A stretch of 64,000 bases of DNA from Octopus sinensis (taxonomy: Eukaryota): NCBI RefSeq assembly GCF_006345805.1, contig NC_042998.1, forward strand, positions 159,216,001 to 159,280,000, in the 5' to 3' direction. Under the pieces are notes generated by a model. It did not search any database and was not told where the DNA came from. It was given only the letters and a program-made list of their open reading frames with translations. The translations under genes and the position numbers were made by a program. Shown here piece after piece: positions 45,915 through 58,879 of the stretch; position 1 is the stretch's first letter; each line of letters starts with the position of its first letter.

Positions 45915-46903
45915 CTTAGTCACTCATACAGTGGATGACATGCAAATACTCATGAATTGCATTTCTACTTCTTGCAGGGTATTTGGGCTCAGCATTAGCC
46001 TGGACAAGACTGTTGTAATGTTCCAGCCTGCACAAGGAAATCCATATATAGAACCAGCTATCTTGGTTGAAGGATAAATTCTGATGGTAGTAGACAAGTT
46101 TGTCTACCTAGCAGCACACTCAGCCGTTCTTGCTCCCTGGATGAGGACATATCTTTCAGGTTGCAGAGAGCAACTAATTCCTTCCGGTCTCGTGTCTGGC
46201 CCCAACATGGCATCGCAAGGAGAACAAAAGTTGCTGTGTACCGTGCCTGTGTACTGACATCGCTTCTCTACTTATGTGAGACATGGACTCTGTACAAACG
46301 TCAGGTAAGGGTCCTTGAACGTTTTCATCAGAGATGTCTCAGACACATTCTCAATGTTGGCTGGACCTTAAAAATCCAGACACACAAATCCTGAGGACAG
46401 CTGATATCTTGAGTATTGAGGCGATGGTGCACAAACCGGTTTCGTTGGACTGGACACCTTTAGAATGAAGGATAAAGGATTCCTAAGCAGATGCTCTATG
46501 GAGAACTTGTGAATGAAGGAGACTCCGGCAGAACCAAGGCTGCGATTTAAGGACTGTGTCAAGTCCTCATTAAAGGCCTGTGATATCCAGGACACTGACT
46601 GGGAGAACAATGCCTGTCATCGCCACAGATGGAGGAAGCAGGTTAAGGAGGGGATCGACATTTTTGAGAGAGCACGTATCCAGCATGAAGAACTTAAGCG
46701 AGCTGCGCGAAAGTGCACAGTTCGTATAGTGAATGGGGAAAGCTTGGTCTGCAATGTTTGCAGTCGTGTATGCTTATCAAGAGCAGGGCTCATTAGCCAC
46801 CAACGGAGCCGCAAATGCAAAATATAAGTTAGTCCTAGAGCGCACAATATTCCTGAAGGTCGGCAATGGTCTTCCTTGGTCACGAGTGGACGGCCGTCAT
46901 CAT
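45915..46903 (+). mobile_element. 5'-truncated RTE-clade LINE (RT C-terminal half to 3' end)
   Basis: FGLSISLDKTVVM, RTKVAVYRACVLTSLLYLCETWTLY, LERFHQRCLRHIL, RWTGH, PKQMLYGEL, PRLRFKD, and terminal CNVCSRVCLSRAGLISHQRS; flanked by (GTAT)n on both sides. Confidence 0.9.
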
Positions 46904-47009
46904 GTATGTATGTATGTATGTATGTATGTATGTATGTATGTATGTATGTATGTATATATGTATGTCTGTATGTATATAAGTGTGCATGTATTATGTATGT
47001 ATATGTAAA

Positions 47010-48260
47010 CGCGTTTCTACGCCACCTCCATTCCTCGCGAGCATTTGAACACTTTCATTTGATTCGTCACTCTTCGACTTTTCCTTCGAAATCAGCTCTC
47101 TTACTTCGGATACCTCCATTTATTTTCTAAATATCAATATCTCTATCAATCGCTTTAACTACATTTTTTTTACCTTCTATAAATCCACTGAATCCTACTC
47201 CTCTATTGAATTTTCTTTCTCTTCCTACCCTTCCTACACCAAACAGACCATCCATTACTCCCGTCTCCTCTTTCTCCAACATCTGTGATGCTAAAATAAA
47301 GATTTTAAGACCCAGTCACAATTCATGGACCATCTCTTCATTCATACGTCCCACATTAATCGAAGTTGCCTTAACCCCAGCAGGCCAAATATATTACACC
47401 TCTTCCTTCCCCTCCTACTCGTCTCACTCCCAATCGCATCTCCATTCCTCTACTTTTTTCCTCTCCACCTTACCCCGTCACCATAAACTCCCTACGTACC
47501 TTCCATATCTTTCATACTGATGCTACCACCCCACCTGTTTCTCTAATCCACCCATCCTTTCATTCAAGCGTGCCTGCAACCAATGCGAGTTAACCCTCCA
47601 CCCTGTCTCTCTTGGATTTTCCCCTTGTTCCCAACTCCGTTATCATAGCTATCCGTTCCTCACCAACTCTACTTCTCTAATAGAATCCAACCACCACACG
47701 TTCTACATTTCTGATTCCTTCACCTGAACACTCCTACTGGCGCCATCTTCTGTTTAAAATGCTCCCTCTTCGACACTTTGTACATCATTCGAAACGGTAC
47801 GCTTTAGCTGGTTGATTCACGGAACATCTTCGTGGCGTCCAGCTCAGAAACTGGATTACCACTCAACAAAATAAATCCGGACTACTCCTCAACATCTCAA
47901 CATCTATCTTAGTGTTTATCTTCGCACCACACAATGGATTCGCAAATTCTAGGATTCACAGGAGCAGCGTTTTCCCTCTCCAAACTCATTTCCTCTTTGA
48001 CGTGAATTTACTATCATTCTTCCTTTGATATTTCTTCCAGTACACCACGCACACTCATCTCACAAAGACACACAACAAATACAAAATCAACAATTAATGA
48101 CGTACATCATAGCAATGTTCACATCAGGAACAAAACATTCGCAGGTATTCGTCAATGAAAATAACAAATCATGTCAAAACAACGCCTGACGATTCACCGG
48201 CGTTCTGAGTGAAGCCCTGTATTTTTAACACACTAGTCTCTGAGAGTGTTGTTCCATACG
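47010..48260 (+). mobile_element. degraded Penelope-like element (RT end, linker, GIY-YIG, 3' UTR)
   Basis: SIPREHLNTFI, LSFKRAC, GAIFCLKCSLFDTLYI (GIY-YIG, ~47739-47790), FTEHLRG, QEQRF. A decayed CTGACGA..GAA hammerhead-like remnant lies at 48186-48214. Confidence 0.7.
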
Positions 48261-48263
48261 AAA

Positions 48264-48294
<31 letters not shown>

Positions 48295-48339
48295 TGTATG
48301 TATGTATGTATGTATGTATGTGTATGTATACGTGAATAT

Positions 48340-49345
48340 TTGTGTTATATTTTATATATGTATTCTCATACATATAGTTGCATATCTAGACATGCTCATA
48401 TGTATTTAAATGATAAACTTCTGGTATTACAAATTTTTAGTTCCAGTGATGGATTGAATTTGTAGTCTTCGAATCAGCTTTCCCCTTTCTAGTTTTGAGA
48501 AGCCTAATTTCTCGAGATTGGTACTTAGATAGTGTGTTACATATCCCAGTACCCCAATAATTACAGGTATAAACCTGAGTTTGTAACCTGGATAGAGTAA
48601 CTGCAGATTTCTCATAGGTATTCTCTTTTTCACTGATCTTCAGCTTTATGTTACATCCTCTAAGCGGCTGATAGCTTCTCATCTCTATCCCAAATCATTA
48701 TACCATGTTTATTGTGTTTACATTTTATTAAGTTTTTCACTGGGACTTCCACCAGTACTCCTTTTTATTATGAATAGCTATGGCTTCCACCATGCTGTGA
48801 GGTCTTATTTTTATTGTCCTCAAGGTTATCATTTCGACGGATCTCGTTATACAGCGTCCTAGCTACAACATCAAGTCTCATCGGTAGATAATTCCGTGAT
48901 GACATTTTCGGACAACTTCTTACGATATGAATGCTATCTTCGGTGTTAACTCTACAAAGTTTGCATCGGTTGTCACAATTCTACTGCTTTTCCTGCGTCT
49001 CTCTCCCTTTTGTGCAACAGGTATTTGGTTGATATTTCCTGTCCTTGGATTTCAAATGCATACCCTTCATAGTGGGAGGTAGTAATTCGGTTGTTGATCC
49101 ATGATAGACTGCTTTGATGATCGATGTTACTATCATCTCGGAGCTTTCTGCTAACATATCCATGCATGGTCTTCTGTTCATATACGCTCATCCTTTCATC
49201 TGATGATGTGTGCGATTTCTTTGGTTATCAAACAAGGAATGCTGCTCAAGTAGCTACCTTCCAAGTTTTATGATGTGATCAGCCTCATGTATGCAAATTT
49301 GGTCATGGGATACACTTCAACAATCGGTAGTTTAAAAGATGTTGT
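48340..49345 (-). mobile_element. R4-clade (RLE) retrotransposon 3' fragment, a different family from 11040-16950
   Basis: Minus strand gives KTMHGYVSRKL, GYAFEIQGQEISTKYL, and C-terminal LQLLYPGYKLRFIPVIIGVLGYV..LQIQSITGT. Confidence 0.75.
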
Positions 49346-49548
49346 CAAAGAGACATGAAATGATATTTAACGGTAGTTTGGATCGATATTAAGCTTCTGC
49401 GCCTTATGTATGTATGTATGTATGTATGTATGTATGTATGTATGTATGTATGTATGTAGGTATGTGTATGTATATATGTATGTATGTTTGCGCATGTATA
49501 TATATATGTATATATATATACATATACATACATACATACATACATACA

Positions 49549-49606
<58 letters not shown>

Positions 49607-49642
49607 GCAAGATTTTTTATGTGTAATCGTGTGTTGAAACAG

Positions 49643-50498
49643 ATATTGTTGTATTTAGGAATGGCCATTTTGCCAGTTAAGCCAATAAAAACACACGCAC
49701 TATATATTTGGTGTTACTTTGCTTCAGCGTTATTTATTTTTTACATTAATCTTAATCTTAATCTTATTTCGGCCAGAGTTCTTTCGTCACACTCCTGTGA
49801 CCGCATTATATGCCCTTTGCTTTCTTCTTTCTTATTTGTGTGTCTCTCCTTACTAACCGTCAGCCAGGTTGTATTTCTATTGTATGTGTCTTCATTTGCG
49901 CATGCGTATATCTCTATGTGCGTCTATGTTTAGTTAGTGTGTGTGTGGAGAGGTGTCTGTAATATTTGTATCTTCTGTTTATATACGTTCGTGTAATTTG
50001 TTTTTGTTTTTGTTTATTCTTATTTTGTTCATGTGTTTACACCTACTTATTATTATTATTATTATTATTATCATTATTATTATCATTATCAATGTTATTA
50101 TTATTACGTATGCATGTATGTATGTATAACAACAATAATAGTAATAATAATAAAAAAATTTTAAATTAAAAAAATTCTTTTTAAATTAAAAATTTTTTAA
50201 AATAAATAAAAAAAATTTAAAAACTTAAACGCACAATGAGATATACGCATGTGCAAATGAAGACACATACAATAGAAATACAAAATGGCTGACGGTTAGA
50301 GAGACACACAAATAAGAAAGAAGAAAGCAAAGGACCACTGATGCGGTCACAGGAGTGTGACGAAAGAACTCTGGCTGGAATAAGATTAAGATTAGTGTAA
50401 AAAATAAATAACGCTGAAGCAAAGTAACACCAAATATATAGTGCGTGTGCTTTTATTGGCTAAACTGGCAAAATGACCGTTCCTAAATACAACAATAT
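49643..50498. repeat. inverted pair of the ~420-bp hammerhead-like repeat
   Basis: Arms at 49643-49914 (minus) and 50238-50498 (plus), with a ~320-bp spacer. Confidence 0.9.
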
Positions 50499-50499
50499 A

Positions 50500-50555
<56 letters not shown>

Positions 50556-50855
50556 TTATTTATATATATATCAGAAGACCAGAAGGAAGACCAGTTGTGA
50601 AATAACTACAAAAGAATAAACATATTCCTTTTACGCTTTTGCTATGCGGAAAATGGGGCAATTTTCTGGAAGACCATTTCATAAACTGTTAGCAACTCGT
50701 CAGCGAAGAGGTGCTTAGTTTCTTTCTCTAATAAATAACATAGAATATTCAAACACCGTAAAAATTTATCATAAACTTGGCTATCACCATAATGGGTAAC
50801 TTCACTTGCACACGCACACAGAAATGCACAACGCTTGTGTGTGTGTCAGTGTGTG

Positions 50856-50903
<48 letters not shown>

Positions 50904-52112
50904 ACATATATGCAGAGAGAAGAAAAGTAGTATCAGTTGTTCTTGATAATGATTTTCATGTCATTGCGCCGCTGGATAGAGACGGAGCATACAGAAGAAA
51001 AATAAATTCTGCGTTTCTGCATTTGTCAGAATTTTTACTTTTACGAACTAATGAAGCTACATTGTTGAGCAGAATTTCTTTGCTTAAGATATGAACAAAG
51101 AACATATGTCTTTTTTTCTTCCGGTGCTTTTCGACAAACATTTCTCTACTATCATAGGGCCTTAGACTGGATACTGGCTTTTGATTAACTACAACAACGC
51201 TTTTAATGACACTCATCATTCTGTAATTGCTTCTGAATTTCGAAATCTCTGGGACAGAATGAACACAAATATTGGTTTGCCTTTTGTATATTTTGTTTGT
51301 TGGGAATGGAGTTAAAAACATGAAATAATTCTAAAGGCGCCTGAAAACAAACGAACCACGTGACTACTAAAAGTATGGATTCTTCTTCTGTTATATTATT
51401 ATAAGTAAACTAATAAGTAATAGAACAATGTATTTGTGTCTTTTATGGCAACAATGACTCTATAATGATATAATTAGTGTTTACAGGCATACACACATAC
51501 ACACACACACACACACACACTTACATATATATTCTTTCCATTAAACGGGAAAACAAAAAAAGAGACTAGTGTGTATGTGTTTTAAAAACAAAAATGTGCT
51601 TTATACAAAAATATTTTTAGCAATTATTTAACAGACATCATTATAAAAATTAGCATACTGGTAAACTAGACATATTTTTCTTTTTATTTATTGTTTTTTT
51701 TTTTTCTTCTTCTAACTACAAACTACTATTATGTTTGGGCGGAAGATCAGGATTGATCTTTGTAAAATAGTTGGCGTCAAGTCCATAAACATAATGCCTT
51801 CATTGACATGCGTATCTTGGGTTAGACATTAATATTCTTTCAGCATCTTCCATTTTTTCTCCTTTGCACTGATTTCAGTCATTGGACAGCGGTTACACTA
51901 GAAGGGTTTTAGTCAAACGAATCGGTCCAAGTGACTAATTTACTGAGTCTGTTACTGATTCTATCAGACTCTTTTGCCGAACCGATAGGTTACGGAAACA
52001 AACAAACTAACATCCGTTGTCACACTACACTATGGTGGGAGACAAACACTAGGATACACACAAATATATTCATGCATGCATGCGCGCGCATGTGTGTGTC
52101 TGCGCACATGTG

Positions 52113-52650
52113 TGTGACTGTGTGGTAAGAAGCTTGCTTCCCAACCACATAGTTCTGGGTTCAGTTCCACTGCGTGGCACCTTCTGCGAGTATCTTCTAC
52201 TTATAACTTCGGACCTACCAAAAGAAGCCCGTAACATAAATGCATATATATATCTATGTGTGTGTGTTTTGTGTCTGTGTTTGTCCCCTACAACCGCTTG
52301 ACAACCGGTGTTGGTGTGTTTACGTCTCCGTAACCTACCAGTTCTGCAAAAGAAATCGATAGAAAAGGCTTTAAAAAATTAAGTACTGGCGTTGATTGAT
52401 TCGACTAAAACATTCTTCAAAGTGGTGGTCAAGCATGGCTGCAGTTTAATTACAAGAACAAGTGAAAGATAAAGTTATATGTGCCTATGTGTACGATGGG
52501 CTTCTTTCAGTTTCTATCCATCAAATCCCCATACAAGACTTTGATCAGTTCAGTAGAAGATACTTGCCCAAGTTGCTATGCATTGGGACTGAACCCCAGA
52601 ATCAAGTAATTGAGAGTCAAACTTCTTACCACACAGCCATACATTTGCCT
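52113..52650. mobile_element. family A SINE (plus) followed by an inverted partial family A SINE (minus)
   Basis: Plus copy at 52113-52470. The minus-strand 5' half at 52490-52650 ends ..CTTACCACACAGCCATACATTTGCCT. Confidence 0.75.
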
Positions 52651-54104
52651 ATGTAGTTTAACTAAAATCAATTTTACTGATATAATACATGCAATTTGGC
52701 GTTTGTTTTGTTGGCATATTTTATCTTCCTTATGCACGTTTTAATTCTTGTGTTTTTACTTTATATTTAGCTACTTTTTTAGTAATATATTTTCGCTTGC
52801 CCACCTTGTTTTACTTGTTTGTCTCGATGTATAAACAACATAAAATATATGCACGGTCTTTGAAAATTCAATTAAAAACACATTGAATGTTTTTCTCTCT
52901 GATTCATTTCTATTAAAATCGTTAACGTGATCTTGAGATGCATTTTTCATTTTTTTTTCTCCTGATGATATGAACAACACATCACTTCTAAATTAATTAA
53001 GCATGCTAATTACGTAATTATATAAATGATGATGCTTCTATTCTATTGAAACAGCTGTTGAATTGAATTATTATTTGCATGTTAAATCTATACTCTGCTT
53101 TCTATTTTTTGTAGGTGAAAGATATTAAAATATCGGAAACAGCAATTTAGTGTTTTCACTTCATTGTTGGTGAATGGAACTTTTCTTTCACTTTTATTGC
53201 TATTTTAAGTACTTACACTGAAAGATCGCCACATCGGGGTCAAGTGTAAGTTAACCTGCTCTAACGAAGCATAAACCAGTCTTTATGGTAGCTATATTAA
53301 TTTGCCGAATATGATCCAGTTTGAATGATTCTGAAAGCGCTTTTCTGTAATCTCTCCTTTTGTTGTTATTGATAATATGATTATTGTTGTTGTTATCGTT
53401 TTTCTTATGGACGTTGTTTCCCGTGGTCAGCTCTGACAGAATAAATGAAGGATCAAAGGCATTCAGACTGTTACCTAATTACCTAATTTTTTTCAATGGA
53501 TTTCTAATTCTAAGTTAGACTCCTCTAACACATGAGTAGGAATTAATAGATATATAGAAGGCGAAGATGGAAACAAATGCGTCCTTCCCTTCTTTAAGAC
53601 CATAAAGCTTGATTTAAAGTAGATTTAGCTGCTATTACTAGCAGAGCAAGTGACCTCATATAGGTTTTCCTGTTGGCTCCTTTTGTTTGAACGATGAAAT
53701 TTGCTAGGTTCCTAAACGTCTCAATATGTCTCTGATGTAGTGATTTTAATGGTAGTTATTATTGACGTTTTATTGGAACTGAAAATTATAGAAAGAAACG
53801 AAAATGAGAATGAAAACATTAAAGCTGGATTAAATATATACATACACACGCGCATACATATATGTGTGCGTGCATGTGTGTGTATGTGATTGAGTGTAGG
53901 AATATATATAATATATAATAACTAACATACATACGTATATGCATAGTATCTGTATATGTGTATGTATTTTTGCATGTGTGCGTATTTATATCTATATACA
54001 TGAATATAGATATGGATGTGTAGATTAGGTATAGACATACACATACACAAACACGCACATATATGTGTCTATATGTGTGTGTATATATATGTACATAATA
54101 TATG

Positions 54105-54160
<56 letters not shown>

Positions 54161-54897
54161 CATACATACATATATATATACACACACACACACACAAACA
54201 TACATATATTTATTTGTATGGGGGTTTGAATGTGGGATGCGTAGATATACACAGAAACACAGAGACTCATACACACACACACACAGGCATATATAGATAG
54301 ATAGATTTATATATGAACGAGTGTGTATATACATATGTTTGTGTGTGCATGTGCGCACATATGTGTGAGTCTGTGCCTGTCTATAATGTCTTATAATGTC
54401 TGTGCCTGTGTATAATGTCTTATATCCCTACTTAGAATATTAATAACTGCAAATTTATCATTAATATTAATAGCTTCTGAATAAACTGGCAATAATCAGT
54501 ATATCAAAATAATTATAATAGAGAGAGAGGGATAAAATATATATATATATGTTATAAACATAAACATACGTACATGTACATGACTACGGACACATTACAC
54601 AAACATGTATACGCATAAAACCTGTATTCACTCACATATCACCTACGCGGAAACATGGAATATTGCGCGCATAATATATACGTATACATATACATACATG
54701 AACACTTGAATACCCAAATGCACTCATACATACTCACACATATATGCACACACACAGATATACACACACATACACGGATGCATGCTTACATGCACACACA
54801 CACACACACATGCGTATATACACCCTCACACTCACACGTATGCCAAAACAACAAACACACATACATATACCTGGATGTGGACATGCACTCTCTCCAC

Positions 54898-54935
<38 letters not shown>

Positions 54936-55058
54936 CCATACGCATGACCGTTTTTGTACACCTAACGAATACACATATCTACACAGGGAGTAGAAAATTA
55001 TACAGATACACGTGCAGACTTACACATACACACACACATACATGCATACACACACATG

Positions 55059-55097
<39 letters not shown>

Positions 55098-55103
55098 ACA
55101 CAC

Positions 55104-55134
<31 letters not shown>

Positions 55135-55519
55135 TATATAGTTATCTAAATATTTGGTTGAAGAGATGGTACCATGTGTTGTTATGTAAGTAATATTAGC
55201 ATACTCATTAAATATTTACATAAAAGATAGATAAAAGTTATTTACCGCTCTCTCTCTTTCTCTCTCTCTTCGTCCCTCTATCTCCCACTATCCCTTTATC
55301 ACTTTCTGTTTCGGTTCACGTGGCAATCTCTATGAACTTATATATATATATATATATATATATATAGCGTTTTCATACCGAAGAGATAGCGGCGTGGATT
55401 TCCACTCCAACATCCAAAACTCGGAGTTTTATCATGGCTACCGAATAATTGTCACATATTACATTTACAGATATATATATATATATATATATATATAAGA
55501 GTGTACAAAGGTTTATACA

Positions 55520-55900
55520 TAGAGAGAAGACCCTCGACAAAACTTCTTACAGTAGACAACAGTATTCAAGATGAGAACGGGCGAAGGTGGAGAAGAGACG
55601 AGTAATGGCAGGAAGGTCTCTAGACCGAAAAATCCCGAGAATCCAGGAGCAAGCTCTGCGGGCCATGCCGACTTCATTGTTTTGTGAGCACTCCAGCTTA
55701 AGGTATTTTCGATAGTAACTCCGAGGTCCCTAGCGGCGTTTGATGCCACAAGGTTTTCGCCCGAGCGAAAAGTGTATGGTAGCTTAAGTGTAATCTCTTG
55801 ACTGAAGTGGATCAATTCAAATTTATTCTTGTAGGGCTGCATATTGTGTTTTTCCACCCATCGGAAACCAGCGAGCAGATCCGATTGGAGATTAATCCGG
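55520..55900 (-). mobile_element. CR1-clade LINE fragment (post-RT region)
   Basis: KNKFELIHF..LPY..ARDLGVTIENTLSWSAH..LNTVVY is typical of the CR1/Jockey-group thumb region. Confidence 0.7.
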
Positions 55901-56284
55901 TTTCCTGTACTCTCAATGACCTTCAGAAGGTTAGGGTTATCCGCGAAAATTCTAATGCTGCTGTTTGTGTCAATGACTTAATGTGTGTGTGTGTGTGTAC
56001 CTGTGACTCTGTATTATCTTTCCATTACATAACTATGCATCTGTCTTTGTCTCCATTAATAGACATACATATACAAAGTTACACATACACATATTTATGT
56101 ATATATATGTACATATATAGATGAATACATAAGTATAGGTATATAAGTGTGCATATCTATGTGTATATATATATATATATATACATATATAAAGAGAAAT
56201 AGATTAACAAAAAGAACTCCAAACAAAGGCGCAGAGTCTATTATCTTTATTTAATAACTGGAATATCCGTCAGTTACATTCGCT

Positions 56285-56404
56285 GTTTTACCATTTCCGG
56301 TTCGATGTGTAATAATTTAAAACCGCTTTTTCATGCTATTTGGTTTACTGCCGCATGAAGAGGTGAATTTGAATCATTATGTGAGGAACCGGAAATGATG
56401 AAAC
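56285..56404 (+). other. 120-nt ungapped hairpin (decayed MITE or hairpin RNA)
   Basis: 52-position stem: 37 Watson-Crick pairs, 9 G-U, 6 mismatches; 16-nt loop (56337-56352). Confidence 0.7.
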
Positions 56405-56520
56405 TAATAGTTATAGACATAGGTAACGGCTACTATGTATGCATGTGTATTTGTGTGTGTGTATGTGTGTGTATACAGGCATGTACACATACACAGACGC
56501 ATACACACACAGACAAGCAT

Positions 56521-56576
<56 letters not shown>

Positions 56577-56597
56577 GCATACATTTGCATACGTATG

Positions 56598-56850
56598 TGG
56601 AGGCGCGTGACTTAGTGGCTAGAAGATTGGACTCATGATCGTGAGATTGTGGTCTTCATTCCTGAATGGGCAGTTCGTTGTGTTCTTGAGCAAGTCACTT
56701 CATTTTAAGATACCCCAGTTCGCTCAGCTGAAAAAAAGTGAGTAATCCTGCGACGGACTGGCGTCCTGTCCAGGCGTGTGAGAGAGATGTATACGCCACA
56801 GAAACAGGGGAAATGGCACTATGAGTCTATATGACTTGGGAAGGAGCTTT
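56598..56850 (+). mobile_element. tRNA-derived SINE with a V-domain-like block
   Basis: Head GGAGGCGCGTGACTTAGTGGCTAG, GCAAGTCACTT, and CCTGCGACGGACTGGCGTCCTGTCCAGG (from memory similar to the V-SINE central domain). Confidence 0.6.
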
Positions 56851-56949
56851 ATCTATGTTTACATATGTAGTAGCAAATATTCGAAGACCTTCGAAGACCG
56901 AAGTGGAGAAGTGTCAGATGCTTAACTAGAACTGAACTGTTTGGTACTA

Positions 56950-57163
56950 GGACAAAATCCCCCCGAAAACACGCCCCTCCACACACCACCACCACCGGAC
57001 AAAATCTCCCCAGACAAAATACTCCGGCAGTCATTTGTTCTTTCTTTGCAACAAAATTATTTTAAGAAAGTGAAATTTTATAAGAAAATTTTAAATATCT
57101 ATTAGTTGGTATTTCTGTGTAAAATTTGTCCTGTGGGATTTTCTCCTTGGTGGGATTTCGATC
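56950..57163. mobile_element. MITE-like remnant with repeated subterminal motifs
   Basis: GGACAAAAT(C)n occurs three times on the left; degenerate inverted GGGATTTT/TTTGTCC motifs occur on the right. Confidence 0.4.
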
Positions 57164-57276
57164 GATAAACAAGCCCGAGTAGTCAAGTCAATAAAAGTAC
57201 ATCCTTATTCTAGGCATGCCTAGATAATAAAATCTATGCAAAGTTATAACTAGAAAAATATATAAACAGATATTTA

Positions 57277-57356
<80 letters not shown>

Positions 57357-57381
57357 ATATATATATATATATATATATATA

Positions 57382-58879
57382 TTAAGGTATGTAGAAAAAT
57401 ACAACATGGACAAGAACGTATAACTCATAGAAGACGATACAATAAACAAGGACAGGACATTCGAACCCCTCAGTCTTCAGTCAAGAACCGGATCATCGTA
57501 GTAATTTCGGCTGATTAATCTTGAGATTACTAGATCACGGCCAGCCCTCCAAGAAAAACTAAGCTGGAAGCGTAGATTTCCTGGAAGAAGGATCGAATGC
57601 ATACGAACACCAGGACAGTAAAAGGGACAGATATAAAAAAAAAAAAACAAAAAACAATAATGGAATACAGAAGCATTAACGGTGAAAACAACAAGTGTCT
57701 TACGACTGATAACAAGCAAACAAATTTTTTCTCTGGCGCATTGGAAAAAGCCTTTATAGCGGCGGACGAGGAACAACGATGTTAACACGACGAAAGTCAG
57801 GAGCTGAAAGGCAGATTTCGGCCAACAGTCACGTGACAGAGAAGAGGGAAAAGAAAAGAAAGAGAGAGAGAGAAAAGGGGGACAAAACGCAACAAAGAGA
57901 GAGAAGAGAGAGAAAGAAGGAATCAGAGAGGAGAAGGGATGGGTGTCGAAGAATGACCTGTGAGTGCAGAGCGAGACAAAGAAATAGGAGGTAGTGGAAG
58001 ACTAGACCAAAGGATCAGAAGAGAAGATGAATAGAGAGAAAGTAAAAATGAGAGAGAGAGGGGGGGAGACAAACAGAGAGTCGTACCAATTATTAAGAAT
58101 ATGTGTTCACATTAATGATAAAGGGGGTACGGGGCGCCTGGAATATATGTTAAGGTATGTAGAAAAATACAACATGGACAAGAACGTATAACTCATAGAA
58201 GACGATACAATAAACAAGGACAGGACATTCGAACCCCTCAGTCTTCAGTCAAGAACCGGATCATCGTAGTAATTTCGGCTGATAATCTTGAGATTACTAG
58301 ATCACGGCCAGCCCTCCAAGAAAAACTAAGCTGGAAGCGTAGATTTCCTGGAAGAAGGATCGAATGCATACGAACACCAGGACAGTAAAAGGGACAGATA
58401 TAAAAAAAAACAAAAAACAATAATGGAATACAGAAGCATTAACGGTGAAAACAACAAGTGTCTTACGACTGATAACAAGCAAACAAATTTTTTCTCTGGC
58501 GCATTGGAAAAAGCCTTTATAGCGGCGGACGAGGAACAACGATGTTAACACGACGAAAGTCAGGAGCTGAAAGGCAGATTTCGGCCAACAGTCACGTGAC
58601 AGAGAAGAGGGAAAAGAAAAGAAAGAGAGAGAGAGAAAAGGGGGACAAAACGCAACAAAGAGAGAGAAGAGAGAGAAAGAAGGAATCAGAGAGGAGAAGG
58701 GATGGGTGTCGAAGAATGACCTGTGAGTGCAGAGCGAGACAAAGAAATAGGAGGGTAGTGGAAGACTAGACCAAAGGATCAGAAGAGAAGATGAATAGAG
58801 AGAAAGTAAAAATGAGAGAGAGAGGGAGACAAACAGAGAGTCGTACCAATTATTAAGAATATGTGTTCACATTAATGAT
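57382..58879 (-). repeat. tandem 768-bp non-coding unit (copy 2 truncated to 730 bp)
   Basis: Copies start at 57382 and 58150 and differ mainly by homopolymer indels. Each has a purine-rich tract, CACGTGAC, and a GAAA-N24-CTGAAGA motif on the minus strand. Confidence 0.9.

Noticed and set aside
50670-50705. Minus-strand CTGACGA-N16-GAAA-TGGTC
   Set aside because: Stems I and II do not pair; likely a chance occurrence.
50956-51321. 121-aa minus-strand ORF in non-repetitive sequence
   Set aside because: No recognisable motif and no convincing splice pair.
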